NCBI RefSeq assembly: GCF_036971445.1
Contig: NC_091473.1
Span: 250,976,001-251,040,000, forward strand
Source: Narcine bancroftii
Lineage: Eukaryota
Reading direction: 5' to 3'
DNA length: 64,000 nt
The notes under the pieces were generated by a model. The model had not been told where the DNA came from, made no database searches, and worked only from the letters and a program-made list of their open reading frames with translations. Positions 36,505-48,123 of the stretch are shown here, in pieces; position 1 is the stretch's first letter, and every line of letters starts with the position of its first letter. A program made the position numbers and the translations under genes.

Positions 36505-38595
36505 GCCTTGTTTTCTTTTCACCTCATGATACAAATACCCCACCTGCCCCTTCCCCTTGTGTTTCCTTGTACTTGGTAGGAGAGAAGTACGGAAGAAACC
36601 AAAACTTGACTGACTCACAGCGAAGGGGACCATAAACTTAGGGCAGAGTCCCAAGGGTACCATAGCCGCACAAAGGTTGAGAATGGCTGATTTAGAGAGA
36701 TATGGGGTTGACTGCAGGCAAGCGGGATGAGGCCAGAATACTAGGTTAAGTTAGCATAGGTTCAATGGGTCAAAGGGTCAGTCAAAGGATTTGGGGAGAA
36801 GGCAGGAACTGGGTACTGATGGTGGATGATCAGCCACGATCACAGTGAATGGCGGGGCTGGCTCAAAGGGCCAAATGGCCTACTTCTGCACCTATTGTCC
36901 ATTCTGTGCTGTCTATTTCGAATCGGCTCAAACATCTCGTTTGGCTGGAACTCCCCATATCGCTTGGTTAAATACATAATGTATTGTTCGGAGGGAGTTG
37001 GCCGCAACCCAGTGAGGTAGCCAGAAGAACTTCTCTCATGGTCCAATGACTTGGAATTCATCCTGATCCTCACTCATGTGCAGAGTTTTGTTTCTTGTGG
37101 TTCCCCCCCCCCACCCCACACCCCAAATCACATGCCAAAGATGTAGGATTGCAAGAGGTCAATTTGCCATGGTAAACTGCCCCCTGTGTGCAGGCAGCAA
37201 GCAAGAGGTAGAATCCTGGGAAGGGGGCTGGAGTGATGGAGAAGATGAAATGGGATTAGGGTCAATGCATTTTTACACTGAAAATGCCCACAGGCAAGTC
37301 CCGTCTCTGACGGATGACATCCCGAATCTTGATTTAAAGACTTCAGTAAATTTAAGAACAGAAGATGGAGATGTGAAGGACTCTTTTCAAATTTTTTTAA
37401 TTAAAGTTTAGACATAAAGCACGGTAACTGGCCATTTCGGCCCACGAGTCTGCATTGCCCAATTTACACCCAATTAACCTACTCCTCCAGCACATTTCGA
37501 ACAATACAAGAAAACCAGAGCCCCCAGGGAAAACCCACACAGACCCAGGGAGAATGTACAAGCTGCTTACAGACAGCGCGGGATTCGAACTGGCGCTGTA
37601 AAGGTGTTGCACTAATCACTACACCAACCGTAGCGCTCTTGTCAGCCAGAGAGCGGTGAATCTCAGGTATTTGCTCCCATGGGCAGCTGAGGAGGTATTT
37701 AACCCGGAGAATCATAGGTATCTGAATAGTCAGGGTATGGGAGAAGCCAGGGAAGTGGGGCTGAGTGGGTGAATGGAATGGCAGAGCAGACTCGATGGGC
37801 CGAATAGCCCTCTTCTAGTAAAGGTTCCATTATTGTTACATTTAGAATGTTACATGCATTAAATTCTTTAACTTTTGTCTACCATAAGGCAGACAGAGTT
37901 GCCATTTTATCCAGTGCCCTTCACAGAAACCTACAGCACCTGGCCGTCTCCCCTCCAAGTACTGACCAGTCCTGAGCCTGCTTCACTTCTGAGATCAGAC
38001 AATCCCAGGTGTATTCAGGCTATTGGGTGCTGGTCTTATAAAAAACAGAAAGAATCAGCTGAAAACCAATTTCTGGAGGAACTCAAGGGGTCAGGCTGCA
38101 TCTGGGGAGGATGGCTAGTATCTCAGGTCGAGACCCCACCTCAGGATAGGGAAGAGAGATGGGGTGGAGTCAGTCAGTGACCAAGGAGGTGTGAAGAGTG
38201 ACTGACTGATGGAGCCAGGTTTTGACAGGATGGTGATGGGGGTTCAATTGGGAGACAGAGGCAGCAGATTGGTAGGTGGAAGCAGATAAAGTTGAGGGGA
38301 GCGGGACAGAATATGAAAAGGTGAATGGTAGGAAAAAGAGCAAAGGTGGAGACACAGGCTGAAGGGAGGAGATTGGCAGAACCAAATTAGGAAGGACAGT
38401 GGTCAGGTGCCACACAAATCCTTATACTTCCTGTATCAAAAAAAAATATGCTGACCATTGATGTTTTGCCTTTCTGCTGCACCCCACAACCAATCGGTTT
38501 ACAAAACTTTCAGGGCTTTTGTGTCATAATGTATCATCTATTTATTTATTTGTTTGTTGGTTTGTTTGTTTGTTTATTTCAACAATCCGTCCCAG

Positions 38596-38632
38596 GAACT
38601 TCGAGTCAAAACATAACCAACATCAATAAAAG
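38596..38632 (+). CDS. Receptor gene B, short stalk exon (GTSSQNITNINK)
   Basis: cccag acceptor after a T-rich tract, AG|gtgaga donor; phase 1 to 2 like the gene A stalk exon; NIT sequon. Confidence 0.65.
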
Positions 38633-39364
38633 GTGAGAATATGACTGTGATCTTCAAACTCAATTATTGACGAACTGAAGTCATGATTAGATGGTTCCGC
38701 TGTTCTAATGGGACAATATATTGTATGTGCCATTGTACAAGACGATCTGAAAATTTTACTTTTAAAAAAAAAAATCAGGGTCATCCCACACAGAGTCTAA
38801 AATTCTTACCTTGATGACAGTCTTCCCGCCAGCTCCAAGGCAATCTCGTTCCCCCATTTAGTCACTTGGAAAGTCTCAGCACTCCTCCGTGGGGTCCGTC
38901 CGCCCACTCCACCCGCTCTCAACACTGTACAGCCTTTAAACGGCCTGTTAATGACAGTGATTGGTTTTAAAATATCCAAATAAAATTTAAATGATCAATT
39001 GTTATTAAAATGTTGTAATTGGCTTATAACAGCATTCACTGGGCAGCGATAATAGCCATATTTTGTGGATGGGGGGGGGGGGGGGGGGAGTCGTCTTCTT
39101 CAAAGTTTCTCATTCAAAATATGCATTTTAGGTGAAAATTCCAGGGTCTTCCAATACAGAGTTGCCCTATACAACGGCATATAGGGTATGTGTCCTTAAT
39201 GTCACACTCCTCTATTTAATCCTCCCTTCAAACTTAACTTGAGGAAGGGCTCAAGCCCAAAATGTCAGTCATATATCTTTATCTCGTACGGATGCTGAGA
39301 AACTAGCCGTTCCTCCAGCTTTTCTGTGTTTTTACACTTATTTAATCTTCCCATTTATTTAATC

Positions 39365-39737
39365 CAGTGATTTTTGAACTTTTTCTTTCCACTCATATTC
39401 CACTTTAAGTAATCTCTATGCCATCAGTGCTCAGTGATTAGTAAGGGATTGCTTAAGGTGGGATGTGAGTGGGAAGAACAAGTTTGAAAACCACTGTTTG
39501 TATCGTCCCTAATTGACTCGTTATGTGCACGGTTTCAGAACTCCAAAGGAAATGGACCAATGACAATTTTTCTCAAGAAAAATATTTCAGTAACAATTGG
39601 GTCTAGAGCAGTGATTCTCAACCTTCCCTTCCCACCCACATCCCACCTTAAGCAATCCCTTACTAATCAGAGCCCCGATGGCCTAGGGATTACTTAAAGT
39701 GGTATGTGAGTGGAAAGAAAAAGGTTGAGAACCACTG
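39365..39737. mobile_element. Composite hAT (Charlie-like) MITE: two ~130-bp units plus a spacer
   Basis: CAGTG..CACTG termini at 39365-39496 and 39609-39737; outer flanks atttaatc/ctttaatc; single units at 52320-52441 and about 12066-12177. Confidence 0.8.
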
Positions 39738-41092
39738 CTTTAATCGATGTAGAAGTCAGAGAGCAAGACTCTGTCAATTGGGGACATTCCATGAGCTCCT
39801 CATTCGATTTCTTTCTGATTCCCTTCCATCGTCAGAAGGGATGATTGTCAGCAAGGTCAGAATTCAATGCCCTACTTGGAGCTGTCCATGATGCTGAGCA
39901 ATCCCAGGGGTGAAGGTCCTTCCAACCATGTTACTGGGAGAGGAACCCAAAAGGATAAATTCATTGCTCCTCAGCTCTGACCATCCCAATAGAGTGGATC
40001 TCCCAGTGGCCACCCATTCCAACTCCCCATCCCATTTCCCTTGCTGACATGTCTGTCTATAGTCTCCTGCATTGCTAGACTGAGACCACCCACAAATTGG
40101 AGGAACGGCACCTCATCTTCTGACTGGGTGTCCTCCCACTGGATGGCATTAATATCAACTTCTCGGGCTTTGGTTAAAAACCTCCCCATAACCTCTCCCC
40201 CCTCCACTTCTTCCCCCAGCTCTGTCTCTCCCTTTCGCACAGACATGATGAATTCTCACCTCTCCCTTTACCATATCCAACTAACACCTTCTGTTGGTCC
40301 AGAATCCTCCTCCAGCCAGCGCTGTATGATTTCTGAGATTTCTTGCTTCTGGCTTATTCCTTGAAGAAAGGCCCAGACCCAAAATGTTGGCAACATATCT
40401 TTGTCTCCTATACACATTGAAAAGACCCACCATCTCCAGACTTTTGTATTACACTCTGTCACATGTGCCCAGGTGTGGTGAGAAAGTTTCTTTCGCAACC
40501 AATCCAGCGAGACATCCCATACCTAGTGCAGCAAGCAAGTCACAGTACTGATGTGCAGTTAGAGGCATCAGTGAGGAAAAAAGTAATGTTATTTTATAAG
40601 TGTAAGGTCCCTTCAGGAAAATAGTGAGAAAGAAACAGTCCTCGAATCAGGCAGTGCGTAATCTCACACTCCCGAATCTTCTCCCCACCACCCAGGGATG
40701 GGGTGAGGGTGACAAGAGCATGGCCAGGGCGGGGTTCATCTTTTAATGTGTTGCCTGCTTTCCCAAGGCAGTGGGAGGTATCGAAGGAGGGGAAAGAGGA
40801 TGGTGTGATGGCTTGAGATCCATTTATCTCGCTCTGGAGTTTCTAGCAGTGTTGAACGAAGTAGTTCCCTCACCACAAAGTGATGTGTCCTCTCAGGATA
40901 TATTCCATGCTAAGTCTATTTAAGATGACAACTTAGTATGGTACATCCTCAAGAGGTTCCGGTGAGACATCTCTCAGCAGCTGTGTTTAAGACTAAAACT
41001 GCCTCCTGCTTCAATTGACAAACTGTTATTTCATTTGGCCGGTGTTTTCCACAAAGCCTCAATCTCATTCAATCTATTTCAATTGTTTATAG

Positions 41093-41206
41093 TAGCAGCG
41101 TGCCAATAGGGTACTTCCTGCTTCCGGCTGTGTTGGTAATACTGCTCATAATCCTGATACCCACCCTTGTCAAGAAATGGAGACAGATGTGCAATATTTC
41201 ACAAAC
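41093..41206 (+). CDS. Receptor gene B, transmembrane exon (SSVPIGYFLLPAVLVILLIILIPTLVKKWRQMCNISQ)
   Basis: tttatag acceptor, gtaagt donor; phase 2 start matches the stalk exon; uncharged TM followed by KKWR. Confidence 0.85.
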
Positions 41207-42011
41207 GTAAGTAGATCAAAATATTTCTTCCGCTATTAGAATAATAACAAAACAGCAACCATTTTGTGTGATAGCACAATAAATATATTGTCACACAAAG
41301 ATGGGTAGTGGGGCAGGTTGCGGGAAGGAAGCAGAGAGACTTAGGTAGATTAGGAGAATGGGCAAAGTAGTGCCAAATGGAATAAAATATTGGAGAGTGT
41401 ACAGTCATGCATGTTAGTTTCCAACTGTTGGAACGATGTCAATAGAGAAATGCAAAACTGGCAATGGCAGACAAATAATCACTGGAGGAAATCCTCATAT
41501 GGGTAGAAATGGTTAGTCAACCTTTTCTGATCCTGGTCCCTATATCAATGTTAGAGGGAAGGGGGTAATATTTCAATTATTCCTACCCTTTGTACCATTC
41601 AGAACATACTATCCTACAGCATCTCAGTGTGGAGCAGCAATGGTCTTGTATCGGACTGTACAGCACTTCAGTGGACAGTGAAAACTGCCCAGCTGATTAT
41701 TGGCATGTAATTGCACACCACTGAGACATCCATCAGGAACACTGTCTGGGCAGGGTGAAGAGTATCATCAAGGATGAATCTCACCCTAACTATGGACTTT
41801 CTACTCTCCTTCCATCCAATAGGCATTACAGGAGCCTTTGGTTTCAAACCAGCAGGTTTAAGAAGAGCTCCCCCCCAACCCGAGGCTGTGACCCTGCTGA
41901 ACCTTAAGTCACAGTGCTGAATGGTGCTGCACTCGCATTGCACTGTCAGTACTTTTATAATTGTTTGCTTGCTGAATGCATTTGTTTTTATTCACACATA
42001 GTTATTTGTAT

Positions 42012-42327
42012 TGTGAGAGATTATATCATATTTTATATTGTGTATAGATATGCTTTTGAAGGAGATAGATTGTGGGGGTTTAGTGTAGGTTACAAACAAA
42101 CACTTCACAAAACAGATCTCATTTAAAATACCAGTGCTCTGCACAAACCAGACAGTCCAGGCTCCGCATGCCTTTGCAAAAACTTTGAAGGATGCCTATC
42201 GAGACTTCACAAGTAGGTGTTAATTGGACATGCTGTGGAGTAATAGATTATTGTTTTGGAAAGCAACAAATGAATGGACTCAGAAGATTGCTTTTCTAAG
42301 AGGGTCATGTGGCTTTCTCTCAGAGAA

Positions 42328-42380
<53 letters not shown>

Positions 42381-42980
42381 TGCTTCCTGCAGCATGGCAA
42401 GCTGGAATCTTTTTTAAATACCATTTTGAAGACAGATTGTGAGTTCTGAGTTCAGCCTGTTGAAAACCCTTGTGGTCCATAGAAGAGGAAATGGGTGGCT
42501 CGAGTATTTCACCTGAAATAAGGGAAACAAAAAGGAGCTCTGTGGTGACCTGCAGAAAAGGTGATCAATTGGAAAACCCTGATGGGGCAAGTTTCTTTGG
42601 TAAGACATTGAAGTGGCTGATCGGAGGGAATCAGTGTGCGTCCAACGAGCAATCTCTCTGAAACCAAAGAGAACCTTCCTGAGCGGTAACCACTTACTTT
42701 TAAACACCAGCACTTGGTGAAAATTCAGAGAAGTTAAATTCTGTGCACAGCATAAGAATTGCCTGATATTGGTGAACATGGAGGAGTGAGAAGTGAGATT
42801 GGACTGAACTTATACACATTACATACATGTGCTCTTAGAATGAGAAGGGGGTTAAGTTGATAGTAATAAGTCAAATTTTGATCCCATTTTTATGTTTAAA
42901 GAAAATTAAAAGTAATTTGTGATTAAGTAACCATTTGTCTTGGTGAATTTTTATTGCTGCTGGGTTTTGGGGCCCGAGCA
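42012..42980 (+). mobile_element. LTR-family copy with (GA)n
   Basis: Reverse-complement homologue of 30108-31148 (ttggtgaattt.tattgctgctgggttttgggg). Confidence 0.75.
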
Positions 42981-45600
42981 CCATTTTTAAAAAATTTCCA
43001 AATTGGTTGCTCGTTTGTATCTGATTGCTTTCATACTTAACTTGGCTCAAAGACAATAAAGTTGAATCTAATCTAATAAAGGGTTAGGGTTAGGGACTGA
43101 GCATTTCCATTCATGGATGCTGTCTGGCCTATTGAGTTTCTCCAGAAATTCTTTACCTGCAGAGGAAAGGATGTCATTAAACTGGAAAGGATTTGGAAAA
43201 AATTTGCAAAGATATGATTGAGCTACAAAAATAGTTGGTTAGGTTGGGATGTTTCTCCTTGAACCATAGGAGGCTAATTGGTGGACTGAAAAAGGACATA
43301 AATTAGGCAAATAGTCCTCATCTTTTCCACAGGGAAGGCAAGTCTAAAACTAGATGACGTGGATTTAAAGTTGGGAGAGATTTGAAAGGGAAATTGGCAG
43401 CCTGAACAGAGTAAATAAGCTCGCTGATTGGAAACAGCCTTGGGTTGAACTGAGACCATGACAGACACCATATAAAATGCTCAATAGTCAAGAAAGTAGG
43501 CCATTTAGTTTTGACCAATAAAGCAGCCTTTCCTTTCTTGGTGAAAAGTTCTGGTCCGAAACTTTGGCAGTTTTTTTTCTCCCCCTGATGCTGCTCAATC
43601 CACTGAGTTCCTCTCGCGGATTAGTTATTTTTTGGCTCCAGATTTCAGCATCTGCAGTCTCTTGTGCATCTTCAGGTTTTCCTTCCCATTCCGTGGAGTG
43701 GAAGAGGAATCACAGTAATAATCCCCAAAAGGGACGTTTTATGCGTGATCCTGAGGCATCTCCTAACATCAGCCACTGCTCACAGAACGTTCCAGAATTC
43801 AATGCAGCAGAAAGAATTACAGGCATTCAAACTTGCCCTCATGCTCAGTGTTGTCAATAAGGGATGGGAAAAGCTCGTATGAGCCTCTGCATTATACAGT
43901 TGTTCATTTTTGCCCTCACCCCCAGTGAAGTTAGAAACCTATTGCTGGCATTGAGGTACAGCACAGCTGCCTGACTGTCAATCAACTGCTTCTTTCATCT
44001 GGGTTAAATTAGTCAAGATTCGTCGATTATTCAACTGGAGACGTTGAAGACCCTTTCTGTACCCAATATAGCCCTGCCAGTGGATGACACTTCTAAGAAG
44101 GAACCCTGCCAATCTTTCCCTGCACTTGGACATAGTAGCTGTTGGTGAAACCAGCCAGCTCTTTCCCCACCCCTTTAATCACAGTCCCTCAGCATGGATC
44201 TTGCCTTGGGAACCAGGGAGAGGTGAAGTCAAATTTATTATCATTTGATTGTATAAGTACAACCTGATGAACCAGCGTTCTCCAGCCCTCAGTGCAAAAC
44301 ACGCAGACAAATAATACATATGCAGGACAAGTATTTCATCTATATAAATAAATATTGTTTTGTAAATATTAGAGTCTCGGAGGGTCAGTGTGAGTGGTCG
44401 TTCTGCATTCTCACTGCCTGTGAGAAGAAGCTGTTCCTCAGCCTGGTGGTGTTGGCTCTGATCCTCCTGCATCTCTTCCCTGATTGGGAGATGCTGTGTG
44501 CAGGGTGGAAGGGGTCCTCAATGATTTTGTGAACCCTGATGATCCCGGTAGACTGCATCAATGGTGGGGGGGTTTCACATAACGGTGGCCGGTAGTCTAG
44601 CCCACTTCACTGTTGCGCCTTCTGCCAAATGGGATGTTGGGTGTCCACAATAGGTCACTAGTTCAGCGAACTCCAAGGAACATGGTGCTCTCCACCCGCT
44701 CAACTACTGAGTTGAAGCATGATGGTCGGAGGCAACCGATTCATAGATCTGCATCCCACATGGGTCCCTGTCCAACCCCTCCACCCTGTCATCCTTCTCT
44801 TCTCTACATTCCCATCAAGATAGAAGATTTTGTTCAAAATGTTGACCACTGATGGTGTTAGAACCACTGCCTCATGGGTAGTTTATAATCACAGCATTTG
44901 CAGTCTCCTGCACCTCCCCAACTCCTATATCTCCTCCCTTTATATACTTTCTATCGCCCTTTAAATACTTTTTAATCGCCCTTTCCCACTTAAGAATCAA
45001 CAGGACCACACCAGCAATCAGGGGACCGGGGTTCGAATCCCGTGCTGGAAGGAGTTTGCTCTCTCTCCCTGTGTCTGCATGTCTTTTCCCTGGGGCTCCA
45101 GTTTCCTCCCACCGTTCGAAACCTACCAGGGGTTGTAGGTCAATGGGGTGTAATTGGGTGGCACGGGCTCATGGGCCAGAAGGGCCTTTTACCTTGCAGC
45201 ATGTTTAAATTAATGTAATAAATTAAATACCGTGCAGCATGTTTAAATTAAAGCCTGAAAGACTGACTGAGCATTTCTCTCCACGGATACTACCTGGACT
45301 ACATCTCCTCAGGATTCCGGCAACTCCCTCATCTTTTGTTCAAACCCCAGTGGTGGGTCTAGGACTCGTGGCTACTGGAATCAGCCCTCTGTGGTTTAAC
45401 GCTCAAAATGAAGTGGTTTTCTGTTGGTGAGACAGGCAAGTAGCAAGTGGTTGCAGCCTCCTGTAGGAAGTTTGGCTCAGTCTGTGAGTACAAAGTGAGA
45501 GAGTGGAACTTGGGATAAAAGTTGAAGCTGCAGACAAGGGGGGAAAGGAATAGAAGACCGTGCTTCTGGAACGTGACATGGTGTTTTTTTTCCTCCCTAG

Positions 45601-45638
45601 TTAATAACGAAATGTGAGGAACATGTCTTCCGACCAAG
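45601..45638 (+). other. Receptor gene B, small post-TM exon beginning with in-frame TAA TAA (relic cytoplasmic exon)
   Basis: Strong acceptor tttttttcctccctag and donor AAG|gtaaga; joined to the TM exon it gives AC+T (Thr) then TAA at 45602-45604. Confidence 0.6.
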
Positions 45639-45769
45639 GTAAGAATGCAGTGAGTGTGAAATTGCACATTGTTCCTCTACTTAATCCTTTAAAACAATGG
45701 AAAAATTACAAATATTGTTTAGTTCATTTACCTCAGTTGACAATACAATTTGGAAAACATGCTTCTCAG

Positions 45770-46650
45770 ACCAGAAGCCTGTGACTAGTGGCTTTTCACA
45801 GGAATCAGTGCTGGGACTATTGTTGTTTGTGGTCTATATCAATGATCTGGAATGATAATGTGGGAAAATGGATTGGCGTTTGTTGATGACACTAAGATTG
45901 GAGGCGTTGTGGACAGCGGGGAAGGCTTTCAAATCTTGCAGAGGGATTTGGACCAACTGGATCAATGAGCTAGAAAGTGGCAGAAGGAATTTAATGCAGA
46001 AAAGTGTGAGATGTTGCATTTTGGAAGAACAAACCAAGGTAGGACATACACAGTAAATGGTCGGGCACTGAGAAGTGCGGAGGAACAAAGGGATCTGGCG
46101 ATACAGATACATAATTCCCTGAAAGTGGCGTCACAGATAGACAGGTTTGTAAAGAAAGCTTTTGGCATCTTGGTCTTCATAAATCAAAATATTGAATACA
46201 GGAGTTAGGATGTAATGGTGAGGTTGTACAAGACATTGGAGAGGCCAAATTTGGAGTATTGTGTGCAGCTTTGGTCGCTAAACTACAGGAGGAAGAATAT
46301 CAGTAAAATTGAAAGAGTGCAGAGAAGATTTACTAGGATGTTGATGGGTCTTCAGTTGACTTACAGGGAAATGAGAGCATAGAAGAATGAGGGGAGATTT
46401 GATAGAAATATACAACATTATAAGGGGTATAGACAAGTAAATGTGAGTAGGCTCTTTCCACTTAGGAGAGATAAATGCAAGAGGACACAGCTTTGAAGGA
46501 AAGGTTTAAGGAGAACATTAGGGGAAACGTTTTCACTCAGAGAGTGGTGGAGGTGTGGAATAAGCTGACATCTGACGTGGTAAATGCGGACTCACTCTTA
46601 AGTTATAAAAATAAACTGGATAGGCACATGGATGGGAGAGGTCTGGATGG
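45770..46650 (+). mobile_element. CR1 3' fragment
   Basis: Closely matches 6670-7595 (LHFGRTNQGRTYTVNGRALRSAEEQRDL). Confidence 0.88.
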
Positions 46651-46807
46651 GGGATCACACTGACCTAAAACAATATCCTGCGAGGGTATGTTTGATTTCC
46701 TATTTAATTTCCTTATCCTATTGATCCAAAAGATGGAAAACACTTCTCTGCAGGCCCCTCAGTTCTGGATCAACCTCACTGTGGCCTAGATTAAAGCTTT
46801 GTCCGAA

Positions 46808-47055
46808 GGGCAGCACAATTAGCTTGGCGATTAGCGCAACCCCTTCACAGCACCAGTGATCGGGACCGGGGTTCGATTCCCACACTCTGAAAGGAGTTTG
46901 TACCTTCTACCGGTGTTTGCATGGGTTTTCCCCAGAGGCTCCAGTTTCCTCCCACCGTTCGAAATGTACTGGGGGTTATAGCTTCATTGGGTGTAAATTG
47001 GGTGACACGGACTCGTGGCCCGAAATTGCCTGTTACCGTGCTGTACGTCTAAATT
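46808..47055 (+). mobile_element. Full-length HE1-like tRNA-derived SINE
   Basis: gggcagcac 5' end, GGTTCGATTCC B-box, core ggtttt...gctccagtttcctccca, tail cctgttaccgtgctgta..tctaaa. Confidence 0.8.
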
Positions 47056-47627
47056 TAAATTTTTAATTTAATTTCCACGCATTAGGGAGGCTGACCTACA
47101 TTCATTCAGCTGTCTGCTAAGAAGCAAACATGGCATTGCCTGGGTCAAGTCCAATATGTCCTTTTGATTCGGGTACTATCATCTCCTTTGCAGTCTGACC
47201 CGTTGACCATTTTCTTTTTGACCTTCTCTTTCTCTCTCTCATATTTTAACAGTATTTACCTTGTCATTTAAATATTGAATTGACTTGTTTTAGTTGGAGA
47301 TGTCCCGAAGAATCAATTGCATATCCTGATTTCTGCTTAAATACTTCCCATTCTCCACCTCTTCCCCATCCCTCTCCATTCAGAGCAAACCCCCTCCCCC
47401 CTCCCCCTCCTCCACTGCCTGCTGGTGTGCCTTCCCTCCCTGACCTACCATTTAGCTCCTACCTGTGGGACCATGCTCCTCCTCATGCCCCTCCCCTCCC
47501 CCATTTTATTCAGGAGTTTTGCTCATACCTTAATGAAAAGCTCAGACCTGAATTGTTGGTGATACACCTTTATCTTTGCTGTTTGACCTGCTGAGTTTCT
47601 CCAGCGTTGAGTTTTCACATTTTACAG

Positions 47628-48040
47628 ATTCCACTGTGACCAACTGCCTTCCTCACCGAAGCAGGTCTGGGAACTTCCTCCAGTCTGAAGGATATGAAAG
47701 AACAAAATGGAGACATCAAGGTCCATTCATCAGAATCACAGGAACATTTTACCAGAAAAGGGCTCAGGCCCGAATCGTCAACAGCTTTGCATCGATGTTG
47801 TGTGACCTGCCATGTTTCTCCAGCACTTTGGCGCGTTACACTTGCTCCCAAGCATCTGAAGACTCCTGTCACTCCCCTGTCGTTCACATCCCAGTGCAAT
47901 TGCCTTCTGCTGTTCTAAACAAAGGTGCTCCCCTACTTTCGAAGGTCCTGCATACGGTTTTTTGAAGTTATGATGGTACAATAACAAGACTGTTGTTATT
48001 TACTTTCATGTAATACATTAAATTAAGTTCATCTCATGCA
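47628..48040 (+). other. Possible terminal untranslated exon of gene B
   Basis: ttttacag acceptor and ATTAAA at 48017-48022; weak because the acceptor abuts a repeat tail and a repeat fragment lies inside. Confidence 0.3.
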
Positions 48041-48123
48041 TCATTGATTTTATTCAATAGACATTGACAATTCTTCGAAGGTGAATTCTCTGTAGCCTTC
48101 ATGGTCAATCAGTCGGAAAGCTT

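Noticed and set aside
36580-36675. Exon-like segment after Ig2 (pyrimidine tract, tag acceptor, gt donor)
   Set aside because: Stops in all three frames and a weak donor; at most a dead or poison exon.
43080-43095. Telomere-like TTAGGG repeats
   Set aside because: Only about two units; consistent with chance.
45313-45426. Possible second TM exon (VVGLGLVATGISPLWF) with gtgaga donor
   Set aside because: Hydrophobic stretch too short and polar, and a better TM exon exists at 41093-41206.
46808-46885. tRNA gene (B-box GGTTCGATTCC)
   Set aside because: It is the head of a multi-copy SINE and continues into the SINE core and tail.
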